From IMG/VR virus record IMGVR_UViG_3300020450_000018, positions 1 to 64,000 of that record: a DNA stretch of 64,000 bases. One strand, 5' to 3'. The position numbers and the translations under genes are program-made. Every line of letters starts with the position of its first letter. Within the stretch, counting starts at the first letter, position 1. A model generated the notes under the pieces. That model saw only the letters and a program-made list of their open reading frames with translations, was not told the DNA's origin and did no database searches. This document shows, piece by piece, positions 37,209-47,229 of this stretch. The stretch is from a virus.

Positions 37209-40200
37209 TTAGAATGCAGCGACTGCACGAATATCTTGAATCTTAGGAACGAATGAAGGATCAACACCAAGCATTACAATTTTGATTGCAAATGATGAAT
37301 ATTCCTCAATATCAGATACACTATATTTCAAATCCTGATAAGAAGATTGTTTCTCAACAACACTTGAAATAGAATTTTCTGTGGTTGCTAATTCTAATGT
37401 ATCGGGTTCTCCATTTTCATTAAACAATACCCAATCAATATCCTCAAAGTTTTCTTGACTAGATGCTTTTTTAAATTTGTATAGAACTTGAATATTAGCA
37501 ATGTCTTTAACATTTGCCATTAAGTGCACATCAATAGCAGTTGCTGGATTGCTAATAACAATTTCCTTAGTTACATACTTAGCTATTGCAGAACCATTCT
37601 TAGAAGTATTCTCAGGAACAAAATCAATACCATTAGTGTAAGTAATTTTACCTACCTCTAAATAGTTTGCCTCCTCGTCTGGTTGATTAGGATATTTGAT
37701 AAAGTCTCCTACACGGAAGATGTCTGCAATTTGATCACCAACAACAGCATTTCTATTGTATAAAACATTATCAATAATTCTATCTGTATAATTATCATTG
37801 ATCGGATTTACATCTACCCTAGCAGTTAATTCTTGAGTTTGACTATTCCAGATAACTGCCTTACCAGTGATAGTATTGTCATATGTCTCAAGAATCACAG
37901 AGGGATTTCTTGCTACAATAGTTGCACCGTCATCAATAGATGCAAATACCTGTGATGGATTAGAATCAACAGTAACATTTGTTAATTGAGATTGATTACC
38001 TAAAGAAACAACTTCTCCTTTCTGGAAGAACTGACTTGTCTTAACCCTAACATATACAACTTGACCATTAACTCTAGCAATAGTTCCAGTTGTCTTAGAT
38101 GTTTGTCCCTCAATTGTTTGGTTAGCTTGTAGTTCAGTTCCTGCATTACCAGCAAGTTCAAACTGATATACTGGGAAGAATTCAATTATTTGATCTCTCC
38201 TACCAAACCTATTCTCTTCTCCTTTTGCATTTTCTATTCTATTGCTTACAGTCTTAACAGATGCACTGGAGAGATCAATGATTGGAGATAAGTTACTAGA
38301 AGTAGAAGATAGTTGCATCTTGTAAGTTAGAGATCTTTGTAAACTATTCAAAGTCTCATTGATCTCAGATGCAATCATCTTTTGATTTGTGAAGTAATGT
38401 GGTTCATTCAAGAATGTTCTTTCATATTCTGCCTGTGAATATGAAGTATAATTTGTTGTAGAAGAATCCACAGGAACTACGTTTGTAGTTTGTACAGAAA
38501 CATCAAGAGAGGTTCCTGTAAATGTTAGATAATGAATTTGTGGGTATAAAGTTTCAAACTTTCTATTGTGACTTGCATACACAGAAGTACCACCACCAAC
38601 AGAGTTTCCTGCAGCTTGAGATGGAAAAAGAATATTATAAGAATCAACACCAGAGTTGGTTACCTTAAATAGATTACTGTTAATAGTAGATGCAGTAATA
38701 CCACCAGTCTCAACAGCGGTTCTATAGAAAACATAAGATTTACCACTATCTTCAAAACCATTATCTCTATGATTTACTTTGATAACAGCGTTATTATTTT
38801 TAAATAGACTAGATGTAGAGGCAGAATTAGAACTTGCATTTGTTTCTATAGGATTTGCATCTAGGAGTTCATATCCAAGATCAACATTTTTAAGAAGAAG
38901 TTCTGCTGGTCTAGATGTATTAAATTCTGCACGATATAATATGAATTTAAGATCTTCAAATATATCCTCAGTCCAACTCTCAGTGTTTTGTGATCGGTAA
39001 ACCGAACCTAATGATGGTTGGGTGGTGATGACCGTACTTGTTGCTATATCGGTTTCTCCTAATTTAGATACCCAAAGTTCATAATCAGTGGAGTCTGTTT
39101 CTACCACCAATGCATATTCAGTGTCGTTCTGTAAGTATACAGGATAATCAAATGCAAAGTGTGTAGGTGTTGTAGAATTTGTTATTTCACCAGCATCAAC
39201 TGCTACTCCCATTCTAACTGATGGAGTATCAATCTCAATAAATGTTTGAATTTCACATCCACCAGCTCCATTTCCTACACCTTTTACAACCACAGATGGT
39301 GCCTCTGTATATCCAAAACCAGATAGTGATATCTCAGCATTATAAATCTGACCACCAGAAACTTCTATACTTGCTGTAGCAGTAGATCCGCCAGGTAATT
39401 GTGGACTCTCAACTGTAAGAATAGCACTGTCATAATTTTGACCAGTGTTGGTAATTCTCATTCTAGAAACTTTACCACTATCTTTTGCGATAGAAAGAAC
39501 TAAGTCAGTATTGTTTAATGCATTTGCTTCTGTAACAGATGGGATAATTAAATCCTCATTTTGCACAAAAGATTTACCATTATGATTGCTAAGAACAATT
39601 GTGTATACTTGCTCATTTGTAAGACTAAATTTACCAGATGCAGTAGCGACTAGTTTTACATTATTTTTATCAAAAATTTCAAGAATAGGACCTGATGCAG
39701 CAGAAGATGCACCTGTTACGTTCTCACCTACAAATACGGATACGTTACCACTAGCAAAACATTTTAAGAAGGTATTTGGAGATAGAGTTTTTTCAGAACC
39801 AGGCACAATATTTTTAGCTGGTTTTTCTGCATCTACATTAGAAATGTAAGTTTTAATTGGGATGTTAGTACTCTTCTTATTAAAATAAAGATCAACACCA
39901 GTTACAAAACATCCACCATCTAAATTCTCTACCTTAAATGTTTGTGCAAGAGGATTAGGTCTTACAGGATTGTCAGTATTACTTTCAATTAATTGAATAC
40001 CCTCGTTAGATTTGAAGATAGATGGTTTTGTAGATACGATGCTAGATGGATTTTCTGGGAGAAGACCAGTAGCATAGTATTTAATTTCTGTGTAACTATC
40101 AACTTGATCCTTAGTTTCATTAGTTGCACTAGAGGTGAATCTAAATGTTAATATACCAGAGGTAATTGATACCTCTTCAGCAGAAGTATCATATGGTAAT

Positions 40201-43200
40201 GTGTCCACATCACCAGACCAAGTTGCATTTTCAAGTGGTGGATTTCCTGCTGGTACGACAATCAACCCACTAGCGTTACCATATTCATCTGTGGTAATTT
40301 CACCATTAAATGCAGATAAAGAGTTACCAGCAATACCAGTAAATCTTAGATCAGGATTAACCCAACGACCAATATCTCTTCCTTCTAAGAAGACATATAA
40401 TTTTGTGTTGGGTTTCATTCTCCTAACCACATATCTAACAGGAATACTTCTAGCAAAGAATGCTAATGAAGTTGAGACTAGACTTTCGCCAATACTCTTA
40501 GTTTTAATTCCTTTTCCAACTTCATTATTTTGAGGACTAATATTAGATGTGCTTCCTACAGATGCATTAGTGACAGAAGTTACAGCTTGTTGTGTATTGA
40601 CATTACCTAATGAATTAATTGTAGTAAATGAAGTAGATGTACCTACCCAATTCACAACAAATGAATTGAATAGACTTGAAAAACTCTCTTTTACATTTTC
40701 TTTTGCTAGGAAAATATTGAACAGATCTGTATTAGTATCAACCACCAATGGTTCTTCAGTTTGATCGTACCAATGATCAATAGATGGTGAGATTTCACCA
40801 TCACCAACATACTGTAGAACAACAAATGGATTTGGATTTAAAGTCTTAGATGCAAAATCATTACCTAACAAATTTAAAGGAGAGAAAGGCAAAGTTACCA
40901 TATCTCCAGATTTTTTGTAACCAGAAACTGCTCTCTGATCTTCTCTTACATTAACCTCTTCTAAATTTACAGAATCTTCTTTTGCTTGAGGACGTAGGAC
41001 ACTTTGCTGACTGTCCACTGCACATCTGTAGTCAAGAGATTGTAAGTTACCCACTAAATGTGCTTCAAAATTATCCACAAAGAAACCAGACTTAAATCTA
41101 TCAAGACCAATCTCATCCTTGACTTGCATATTAAGGGCTTGTTGTTCTAAGATGCTAAGTGTAGTATAGTATTCTAATCTCTCAATACGTTTTTCTAGTT
41201 TACCAATATCACGCATTGTATAACGACGATTATCTACTGGTGTAATTCTTACATCTTTTGTTGTTTTAGTAAATGCAGGAATGTATGCATAGAAAAGAGG
41301 TACAGCATCATCAATAGGATCTGGTTTGCTTGGATTGAGAGAAGAGTTACCTTCTTTAACTATAAACTGACCTTTATTATCTAAGAAAATACCATCAATA
41401 CGATCTAAGTATTGTATTTGACTGAAGGAAAATGTAAATTCAAGATTTGAATCAGGAGCTGGTGTGCTTGACAATACAGCACCAGAACCAGCAAAAGATC
41501 CAGCAGTTGTTTCTAGAGAAGCAATGTTGAGGAAACCAGGAATGATAGCATCACTATCTACTTTAGGTCTAAAATCAATTGCATTTTTAAGTTCTAAGTT
41601 TCCATGTACGGAAGAATTGAAAGAAGGAATCTCATCTTCTGGAACTCCTGCTTCATGTAAATAACTGTCTATAGTTACAAAATCACCTTGAGATTGTTCA
41701 AAGTAATCAAATGCAATTAATAATTGTCCAGCTGCAGGTTCAAAACCTGGTTTCAATACGATTCTAGAAACATCGTACAATGTATCTCTTTGACCATTAT
41801 CAAATGTATATCTCGCAGTAACATCAGTTCCAGAAATTAAATTACCAGCTGTGTCTACATCAGGTGCTTGAGAGGATGTTCCTTCGTAGATATATCTCAA
41901 TCTAAAAGCATCAGCATATGATAAAGTCTCTACAATTTCTGTATCAAAATCTTGTCCTCTAAACGGTACAATACGATCACCAGCAGAGGCGATAACAATT
42001 CTCTTATTTCTTACTGCAGTTTTAAGTCTTGGTTTTGCATTAGATACTTCTAATGTAGCAGTCAATTTTAATTTAGGGAATGTACCATTAGTAGGAATAT
42101 TTCCAAAATATGATGATGGCAACTGTAAACTAATACTACCAGATGTAAGACCACTTGCAGTATCAGTGGCAGATGTGATTTCTACAGAATCCTCAGAGAC
42201 AAAAACAATATCACCTTTTACAATGTCAGGTGAATCGCCAGGATCTAAAACTGTAATAATAAAGTTATTTTCACTATAAGCTGCAAATCTTTGTGTACCG
42301 AATGGTAATTGTGCAGCAAATGTAATTGTACCACCACCAGAGGATGCAGTGGTTACAAAATCTCTACGGAAGAAATATTTAATTTTACTATCCTCACCAC
42401 CAGCAGATATTTGAGATACTTGTTTACTACCAGTTGGGAATAATAATGTTCCTGAGTTGGTGTTTTCTACTTTAGGACGTAAACGAACAATACTTGTATT
42501 TGTGACATCGCCAGGCAAAACAGTATCTAGATAGACTCTAGACTTAGAAGATCCCTCTTGTTTTGTGGCAAACTGTACTATTGCACGAACTAAGTTGTTT
42601 GAATCGTCAGAAAATTGCACAAGATCTCCTTGCTGTAATAAGATAGATGCATCAGCACTGAAACTTGTAGACTCAATAAAATTAGATCCTTGTGAACCAA
42701 AAAATGTAAAATTTGTTACTGCTTTTATTTCTGAGTTAACCTGACTATCTACAACAACATCTGCAGAGAAAGAGTTAGAGTTTCCAGAACCATAAGAGCA
42801 ACCAATAGATTTAACATTTTGTGGAGTGTATGTTGTAACTGTATTTCTAAACAGAATAGGTACAACAGCAGCTGCTGAACTAGGAGCAGATGCACCATCA
42901 GGAGATTTTACAGTAACAGCTGGTGGTTGTGCATACTCAATACTTACTGCTCTTCTATTAACAATAGTTGCATTATAAATGTTACCTGCAATAGTCTTAC
43001 CCAAATCAATTTTTGATGCATCAAACTCAAGACCGTTGATTAGTAAAGAACAACCGTCAGCATATCCTAGACCTCTATTTTGTACAACAAAATGTGAGAT
43101 TGTATTATCTTTTGCGATCTTTACAGTATTTCCATCTTCATCTCTAATTGTCTCACCAGATTGGAATTTACCAGATAAAGTCTTAATGAATAAAATTCTT

Positions 43201-45305
43201 CCTGTACTATAAACACCAGCTGATGATCCTTCCACAACACCATATGCATCACTATCAATACCAAATACATACTTACCCTCATCAAATGCATTAGCACCTG
43301 AAGGGATAGATTCTAAGATAATTTTAGTAAAGAACTGAGGATCAAAATATGAATAACCAAATGTAGTATTATATGCAGATGTTCCTGCTTCTAAACGACC
43401 TTTTGATAATACAATATCAGAATCAGAATTAAAACCAGATCCTCTACTTTTTAAGAAAAAGTTGCTTGGTTTTGTCTTACCAATAACAGGAGTAATAATT
43501 TCAGAGTAATCTACAATAAATCCAAACTCATCGTTTCCTGCAGCAGCATCAGCTTCTGTTAGATAAATTTTTCTCTTAAACTCACTATCAGATAAATCAT
43601 ATTCTAATGCAAGTAGTTCTAATTCACTCTTATTACCAAATACTGTTAATTCTAAAAATTGCACAGATTCAGATGAATTAATTAATGGTTTGTTTGACGT
43701 TGCAAAAGATAAAGTTTTGAAAGAACTGATTGCAGTTGGTGTTCCTACATCACTTCTAGTTTTAATATAGAACAATTCACCAAATTGAGTCTGGAATGTA
43801 GAATCTGTTACAGCACCAATAAGAGTTGTAGTATTAGTAATCTGTAGAGTAATGGTTTTGATTCCATCATCAGTATTAAAAATTTTACCTCTTCTATCAA
43901 TAGTTTGTCTATGATCAGTTGGTAACTCTGTATTGTTTAATCCAATAGATCCATCGTTAAAGGTAGCATACAAGAATACATCTGGGTATGCAGTTAATTC
44001 GGATCCTTCTTTGTTTAGAGGAACACTACCAAAAACATTAGTAACACTATAAGTAGGAAGACCTTTACTCTTTAGATTTACATTATCACTGGATAAACTT
44101 TCTCTAGCTTTGTTAATTTCAAGATACTTAGTTTCTTTATTAACAATCTCATATCCTTTAATATATGCTTTGCCAGGACCAATACTGGCAACCATTTTTC
44201 TTGCTGCTTCAGAAGCATTCTTTCCATTAAAGAGACCAAACTCATCAACACCGTAGATACCTCTATTACCATCTTTCTGTGCCCACTCTCTAATATCTAC
44301 AGAAAAATTATCTACAACATAATCTCCAGACTCATCAAAAGTTCTACGAGCTAATGTTTGTTCTAAAACACTGAAATCTGTAGAGGAAATTTTACTCTGA
44401 ATTTGACCTCTAGAGACACTTAGTAATTGGATAAAATTCTTATCAGTAATTGCATTTAGAGCGAACTCTTTTAACTCTAAACTAATTTTTAATCTATGTG
44501 CGCCTGGTGCAGTATAGTTTGCAGACCCAATAGAATTGTCATATAAACTTGCATCCTCTTCTGGTGTTATAACTTCTTCCTTAATTGTAAAACCTACCTT
44601 TGCAGATGGTTTGTTAAAATATTCATCAATAACAAGTAATGCCTCGTCATTACGAACAAAGTAACCATTTACAAAGTAAATACCCTCTTCTACTTTTACA
44701 GCAGAACCAAATCCCATTGCAGGACTTTCTAAAGATGTTACCTCTCCTGTATCAGGATTAGTAATCTCAATACTAGTAGGAAGAACACTACCATCTGTCC
44801 CTACAACTAGCAAAGGAGTATTGACACCATCAACTACCTCTAGAGTCTCACCCTGTCTAAAAGTAGTCTCAGTATTGGAATTACCACTATTAATGTAATT
44901 AACAAACAAAGTATCTGCAGAAGATTCAGTTGCTAACTTTGTTGAAAGAATGGTTCCGATGACGCCAGAGGTAAGACCTACAACCTGTTGTCCTACTAAT
45001 TGAGTAATATCATATTTCTTAAAAACAATATCGTCTCCCTCTGAGACAGCGACCTCAGAAACAGACGATAATTTTACGTAATCTAATTTTGTGTTAAGAC
45101 CTACCTCGCCAGGAATTACAAGTTCACCTTGCTTGAATGCGTATTTTCCAAAATTCTCAATCTGATTCTGTAGAATAGATTGTACTTGCGTTAATTCCCT
45201 ACTTTGAATAGAGTAGCCAGGACGGAATAGAATCTTATAAAAATTCTTACTCGCGTCAAAGTCCTCGTAATAAGGAGTTACATTTAGGTTTGTCTTCTGA
45301 GGCAT
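37209..45305 (-). CDS. Large baseplate-associated structural protein (DUF4815 / VrlC-like)
   Basis: MPQKTNLNVTPYYEDFD..KNFYKILFRPG..IQSRELTQ, APGAHRLKI, RYTMRDIGKLEKRIERLEYYT, DRFKSGFFVDNF, PLAQTF, VPKIQDIRAVA. Confidence 0.85.
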   Translation of the reverse strand: MPQKTNLNVTPYYEDFDASKNFYKILFRPGYSIQSRELTQVQSILQNQIENFGKYAFKQGELVIPGEVGLNTKLDYVKLSSVSEVAVSEGDDIVFKKYDITQLVGQQVVGLTSGVIGTILSTKLATESSADTLFVNYINSGNSNTETTFRQGETLEVVDGVNTPLLVVGTDGSVLPTSIEITNPDTGEVTSLESPAMGFGSAVKVEEGIYFVNGYFVRNDEALLVIDEYFNKPSAKVGFTIKEEVITPEEDASLYDNSIGSANYTAPGAHRLKISLELKEFALNAITDKNFIQLLSVSRGQIQSKISSTDFSVLEQTLARRTFDESGDYVVDNFSVDIREWAQKDGNRGIYGVDEFGLFNGKNASEAARKMVASIGPGKAYIKGYEIVNKETKYLEINKARESLSSDNVNLKSKGLPTYSVTNVFGSVPLNKEGSELTAYPDVFLYATFNDGSIGLNNTELPTDHRQTIDRRGKIFNTDDGIKTITLQITNTTTLIGAVTDSTFQTQFGELFYIKTRSDVGTPTAISSFKTLSFATSNKPLINSSESVQFLELTVFGNKSELELLALEYDLSDSEFKRKIYLTEADAAAGNDEFGFIVDYSEIITPVIGKTKPSNFFLKSRGSGFNSDSDIVLSKGRLEAGTSAYNTTFGYSYFDPQFFTKIILESIPSGANAFDEGKYVFGIDSDAYGVVEGSSAGVYSTGRILFIKTLSGKFQSGETIRDEDGNTVKIAKDNTISHFVVQNRGLGYADGCSLLINGLEFDASKIDLGKTIAGNIYNATIVNRRAVSIEYAQPPAVTVKSPDGASAPSSAAAVVPILFRNTVTTYTPQNVKSIGCSYGSGNSNSFSADVVVDSQVNSEIKAVTNFTFFGSQGSNFIESTSFSADASILLQQGDLVQFSDDSNNLVRAIVQFATKQEGSSKSRVYLDTVLPGDVTNTSIVRLRPKVENTNSGTLLFPTGSKQVSQISAGGEDSKIKYFFRRDFVTTASSGGGTITFAAQLPFGTQRFAAYSENNFIITVLDPGDSPDIVKGDIVFVSEDSVEITSATDTASGLTSGSISLQLPSSYFGNIPTNGTFPKLKLTATLEVSNAKPRLKTAVRNKRIVIASAGDRIVPFRGQDFDTEIVETLSYADAFRLRYIYEGTSSQAPDVDTAGNLISGTDVTARYTFDNGQRDTLYDVSRIVLKPGFEPAAGQLLIAFDYFEQSQGDFVTIDSYLHEAGVPEDEIPSFNSSVHGNLELKNAIDFRPKVDSDAIIPGFLNIASLETTAGSFAGSGAVLSSTPAPDSNLEFTFSFSQIQYLDRIDGIFLDNKGQFIVKEGNSSLNPSKPDPIDDAVPLFYAYIPAFTKTTKDVRITPVDNRRYTMRDIGKLEKRIERLEYYTTLSILEQQALNMQVKDEIGLDRFKSGFFVDNFEAHLVGNLQSLDYRCAVDSQQSVLRPQAKEDSVNLEEVNVREDQRAVSGYKKSGDMVTLPFSPLNLLGNDFASKTLNPNPFVVLQYVGDGEISPSIDHWYDQTEEPLVVDTNTDLFNIFLAKENVKESFSSLFNSFVVNWVGTSTSFTTINSLGNVNTQQAVTSVTNASVGSTSNISPQNNEVGKGIKTKSIGESLVSTSLAFFARSIPVRYVVRRMKPNTKLYVFLEGRDIGRWVNPDLRFTGIAGNSLSAFNGEITTDEYGNASGLIVVPAGNPPLENATWSGDVDTLPYDTSAEEVSITSGILTFRFTSSATNETKDQVDSYTEIKYYATGLLPENPSSIVSTKPSIFKSNEGIQLIESNTDNPVRPNPLAQTFKVENLDGGCFVTGVDLYFNKKSTNIPIKTYISNVDAEKPAKNIVPGSEKTLSPNTFLKCFASGNVSVFVGENVTGASSAASGPILEIFDKNNVKLVATASGKFSLTNEQVYTIVLSNHNGKSFVQNEDLIIPSVTEANALNNTDLVLSIAKDSGKVSRMRITNTGQNYDSAILTVESPQLPGGSTATASIEVSGGQIYNAEISLSGFGYTEAPSVVVKGVGNGAGGCEIQTFIEIDTPSVRMGVAVDAGEITNSTTPTHFAFDYPVYLQNDTEYALVVETDSTDYELWVSKLGETDIATSTVITTQPSLGSVYRSQNTESWTEDIFEDLKFILYRAEFNTSRPAELLLKNVDLGYELLDANPIETNASSNSASTSSLFKNNNAVIKVNHRDNGFEDSGKSYVFYRTAVETGGITASTINSNLFKVTNSGVDSYNILFPSQAAGNSVGGGTSVYASHNRKFETLYPQIHYLTFTGTSLDVSVQTTNVVPVDSSTTNYTSYSQAEYERTFLNEPHYFTNQKMIASEINETLNSLQRSLTYKMQLSSTSSNLSPIIDLSSASVKTVSNRIENAKGEENRFGRRDQIIEFFPVYQFELAGNAGTELQANQTIEGQTSKTTGTIARVNGQVVYVRVKTSQFFQKGEVVSLGNQSQLTNVTVDSNPSQVFASIDDGATIVARNPSVILETYDNTITGKAVIWNSQTQELTARVDVNPINDNYTDRIIDNVLYNRNAVVGDQIADIFRVGDFIKYPNQPDEEANYLEVGKITYTNGIDFVPENTSKNGSAIAKYVTKEIVISNPATAIDVHLMANVKDIANIQVLYKFKKASSQENFEDIDWVLFNENGEPDTLELATTENSISSVVEKQSSYQDLKYSVSDIEEYSSFAIKIVMLGVDPSFVPKIQDIRAVAAF

Positions 45306-45341
45306 CTTACTTCGCCAAAATACTAAGTATCTAGTCCCTAG

Positions 45342-45348
45342 TATTTAG
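45342..45348 (-). promoter_or_regulatory. Late promoter CTAAATA
   Basis: Intergenic, about 37 nt upstream of ATG 45305. Confidence 0.6.
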
Positions 45349-45356
45349 CGCAGTTT

Positions 45357-47171
45357 TTAGAATTCAATAACTAACTTGATATCTTCAATCTGGTCAGGTG
45401 CACGAGTGATTAGTCTTCTGTTCTCAACATAGATGACATCACCAGAATTATTTTCAATCTCAGGCGCTGCTAAACCACTTGCAAAAGTAACACCTAATGT
45501 TGTAGAACCATAGGATGTATCTACGTTACCAGATGCAGTAGATTGCTCTCCAGTAATAGCATTAGAACCATTAGACTCAAACGCTCTCACAACACCATTG
45601 TCTGTATGAGCATCATTTGTTTGGATATACTTAAGAACTCCAGCAGTAGTTGAACCACTATCCAATGTCCATGATACAACTGTACCATAAGCTGTACCAC
45701 CAGTTACAGTCTGAGTAATTTTTTCATCAACTGAGTAATCTGCAGAAGCACCTGTAATTTTAACAGATTTTAATCCAGATAATGTGTCCGCAGTTGAAAA
45801 TGTTGTTGTTCCCCAATTGAATGGATCAGCAATAATACCAATACGACGGAAGTCATTGTCTACTGGGAAGTCACCAGATCCCTCTGAGTATGTAAGACGG
45901 ATGTTTGTCATAACACGCTTACCGTTTAGTTCTGTTTCATGATCAGAACCATGTCCACCAGTAGGAGGAAGAATAACTTCAATAGCACCGACAGCAGATG
46001 CACCAGTTGTGACTGCAGAAGATAAACCAGAATCAGAGAATAGATTACCATTACCTAACAATACATTACCATAAGTATAACCTGATCCACGATTTTGAAT
46101 ACTTGCTGAAGTGATTGTTCCAGAACCATTTGTTACGAGTTCTACGACACCATTAGATCCATCACCCTTAATGCCTGTGTATAGAGTTTGTGACGCAGGA
46201 AGACCACTTCCAGCGTCTTCAATAACTGCCACATCAACAGCACCCTCTACAGCTTGTGCTACAACAGCAGTTCTAGAAGCGTTAGCAGGAAGAACGATTG
46301 GTAAAAAGTCAGATGAAAGGAATTTTAAAACATCGTCAGTTGGAATAGTATACATATACTTCCAAATATAACCAGCACCAGTTGTTTCTGTATAGATGCC
46401 AGTTGATGAATCATAGTTACCACCTGCAGTGCTTGGTTCTTCAGTTGCGTTCTGTCCTGTGCTATTAGAAGGACTTTCTCCATTATAGAGACATTTAAAG
46501 ACTTCGTATGTGGAATTCATCACATAAAATTTTGCGTCTGCAATTGTGTTTGCACCAGTTGCAGTTTGCTTACCAATTTGACCACCGCCACCAGGTGTAG
46601 CAGAGTAATCAGGTTTCCACATATCATACTTAGGGTTAGCAACTAGATCCCAATTATAACGACGGATAACTGTTCTTGCAAAAGCATCAGTAATACGCTT
46701 AGCTGCAATTAGTTCGTCATAAAGATTAATTTTTTCTCTCTGGTTATCAAGAGGAAGGGGAGGAACGTCTTCGGTTGCATAACGATAAACGCCAGATTTA
46801 GCAGTAGCACCTGTATCAGAACCACCAGCACCACCTGTTCTACCCTTCAGAGAAGAACCAAGAGGAGGAGCAGAGTTAACGCCATTGCTGCCAAAAACGT
46901 CGGTCAAAAGAAGGGCACTATCATAAACTTGAGCAATGGTGGCGCGGAAAGCAGTGGAACCATATGTCCCGACGTATACCTCGTCACCAACAGCAAAAGC
47001 TGTGGAACCTTTTGAATAAATTTCTAAATATGCTTTCCAAGGTTGCGGTCTACCCACAAAGAAGTACATCCTAGATCGTTCCGCGCTCGTATCGTTTGCG
47101 CCCTCTGTAAGTGATTCTAGGAATTGTTTCGCGTTGAAAATACGAAACTTATCAGAAATGATAGCAGCCAT
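45357..47171 (-). CDS. g8: Baseplate wedge subunit gp8
   Basis: MAAIISDKFRIFNA, FYVMNSTYEVFKCL, GYIWKYMYTI, NDFRRIGII, YVENRRLITRAPDQIEDIKLVIEF. Confidence 0.92.
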   Translation of the reverse strand: MAAIISDKFRIFNAKQFLESLTEGANDTSAERSRMYFFVGRPQPWKAYLEIYSKGSTAFAVGDEVYVGTYGSTAFRATIAQVYDSALLLTDVFGSNGVNSAPPLGSSLKGRTGGAGGSDTGATAKSGVYRYATEDVPPLPLDNQREKINLYDELIAAKRITDAFARTVIRRYNWDLVANPKYDMWKPDYSATPGGGGQIGKQTATGANTIADAKFYVMNSTYEVFKCLYNGESPSNSTGQNATEEPSTAGGNYDSSTGIYTETTGAGYIWKYMYTIPTDDVLKFLSSDFLPIVLPANASRTAVVAQAVEGAVDVAVIEDAGSGLPASQTLYTGIKGDGSNGVVELVTNGSGTITSASIQNRGSGYTYGNVLLGNGNLFSDSGLSSAVTTGASAVGAIEVILPPTGGHGSDHETELNGKRVMTNIRLTYSEGSGDFPVDNDFRRIGIIADPFNWGTTTFSTADTLSGLKSVKITGASADYSVDEKITQTVTGGTAYGTVVSWTLDSGSTTAGVLKYIQTNDAHTDNGVVRAFESNGSNAITGEQSTASGNVDTSYGSTTLGVTFASGLAAPEIENNSGDVIYVENRRLITRAPDQIEDIKLVIEF

Positions 47172-47208
47172 GGTTTTATTTGTCCAACGTTGTAGTTTGT
47201 GCCTGAGT

Positions 47209-47229
47209 TATTTATATTGTTTATTTATA
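47209..47229 (-). promoter_or_regulatory. Two tandem late promoters TATAAATA (47209-47216, 47222-47229) upstream of g8
   Basis: Two exact consensus copies, the second overlapping the g7 stop codon. Confidence 0.7.
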